Source of the DNA: Microcoleus sp. Aus8_D1
GTDB lineage: Bacteria > Cyanobacteriota > Cyanobacteriia > Cyanobacteriales > Microcoleaceae
NCBI RefSeq assembly: GCF_036702645.1
Contig: NZ_JAUBUO010000016.1
Location: 92,186 to 152,338 of the forward strand
Reading direction: 5' to 3'
DNA length: 60,153 bases
Below the pieces are notes generated by a model. It had not been told where the DNA came from. It worked only from the letters and a program-made list of their open reading frames with translations, and ran no database searches. Positions within the stretch are counted from its first letter, which is position 1. Each line of letters starts with the position of its first letter. This document shows positions 59,925 to 60,153 of the stretch, one piece after another. Position numbers and translations under genes: made by a program.

Positions 59925-60153
59925 TTAAGTGATTAACCATTCTGTAGCATTCTCTGAAATTGTACCGTTTGTTCCTAGTAAAGTAGCATAAGGTAATGAT
60001 AAATTACCAGAAAAAATACAAAGCGAGTAATCAAAACTCATTTGTACCCCAGTTACTCTTTGAGGATTTTTAGTAACGTTTTTTTGCCAAACTAATGCGT
60101 AACTAATTGCGTCAATAAAATATTGAGCTAACGTAGTCCCTTTAATAGTCCCT
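59925..60153 (-). CDS. Partial CDS (C-terminal end in window); first visible gene of the minus-strand operon
   Basis: Minus-strand frame open from the window edge to a TAA complementary to 59925-59927 (...GTNGTISENATEWLIT*). Confidence 0.4.
   Translation of the reverse strand, partial: GTIKGTTLAQYFIDAISYALVWQKNVTKNPQRVTGVQMSFDYSLCIFSGNLSLPYATLLGTNGTISENATEWLIT

Overview
This window reads as a cyanobacterial chromosome segment, probably from a filamentous Oscillatoriales-type genome, judged by very dense HIP1 octamers (GCGATCGC) and heptanucleotide STRs. No tRNA, rRNA or CRISPR array was recognised by eye; a covariance-model scan is still advisable. There are two distinct parts.

- Host-like part (1..~47610, HIP1-rich). 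It holds lepA, then a pair of adjacent AAA-like/STAND-type NTPase genes separated and followed by long tandem hairpin-repeat arrays. One of the pair is fused to an XRE-type HTH. The other has a Gly/Ala/Val-rich multi-TM N-terminus.
- After the NTPase pair come a ParE/ParD toxin-antitoxin pair and a small cassette (XRE regulator plus a 75-aa ORF) bounded by perfect 41-bp inverted repeats. A degraded direct copy of this cassette lies on the far side of a ~27-kb exopolysaccharide biosynthesis cluster.
- The EPS cluster contains a Wzc-like tyrosine kinase and a WbpM/CapD dehydratase fused to a degenerate EAL domain. It also has a MurJ/Wzx-like flippase, a Wzy-like polymerase, five GT4 glycosyltransferases, AsnB, six class I methyltransferases, a PglC-like sugar transferase and a DegT aminotransferase. 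Two FemAB/CelD-like acyltransferases are present, one of them a nonsense pseudogene inside a tandemly duplicated module.
- UXS and Ugd follow the cluster. Then comes an XRE regulator, a 109-bp tandem repeat array and a large NACHT-HEAT STAND NTPase carrying in-frame palindromic mini-repeats.
- Foreign part (~47610..60153, no perfect HIP1 seen). It is AT-rich, with a tyrosine integrase at the junction and a family of island-specific palindromes (TTA[A/T]CCCCTTA-N3-TAAGGGG[T/A]TAA). It also has a candidate recombination core repeat (CTAGAAAGTATCTAGAAA), a 1.35-kb gene-poor stretch with a consensus-like promoter, and ORFan genes.
- Inside the island a GC-rich polyphosphate kinase gene (ppk) is flanked by ~280-480-bp inverted repeats. 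It is preceded by four covarying hairpins that share a GGCTCTGCC core. A tightly packed seven-gene minus-strand operon of Gly-rich, Pro/Thr/Lys-rich and hydrophobic ORFan proteins follows.

The strongest candidates for an undescribed system are the TM-NTPase + HTH-NTPase pair with its hairpin arrays, the IR-flanked ppk cassette with its hairpin-cluster leader, and the ORFan operon.
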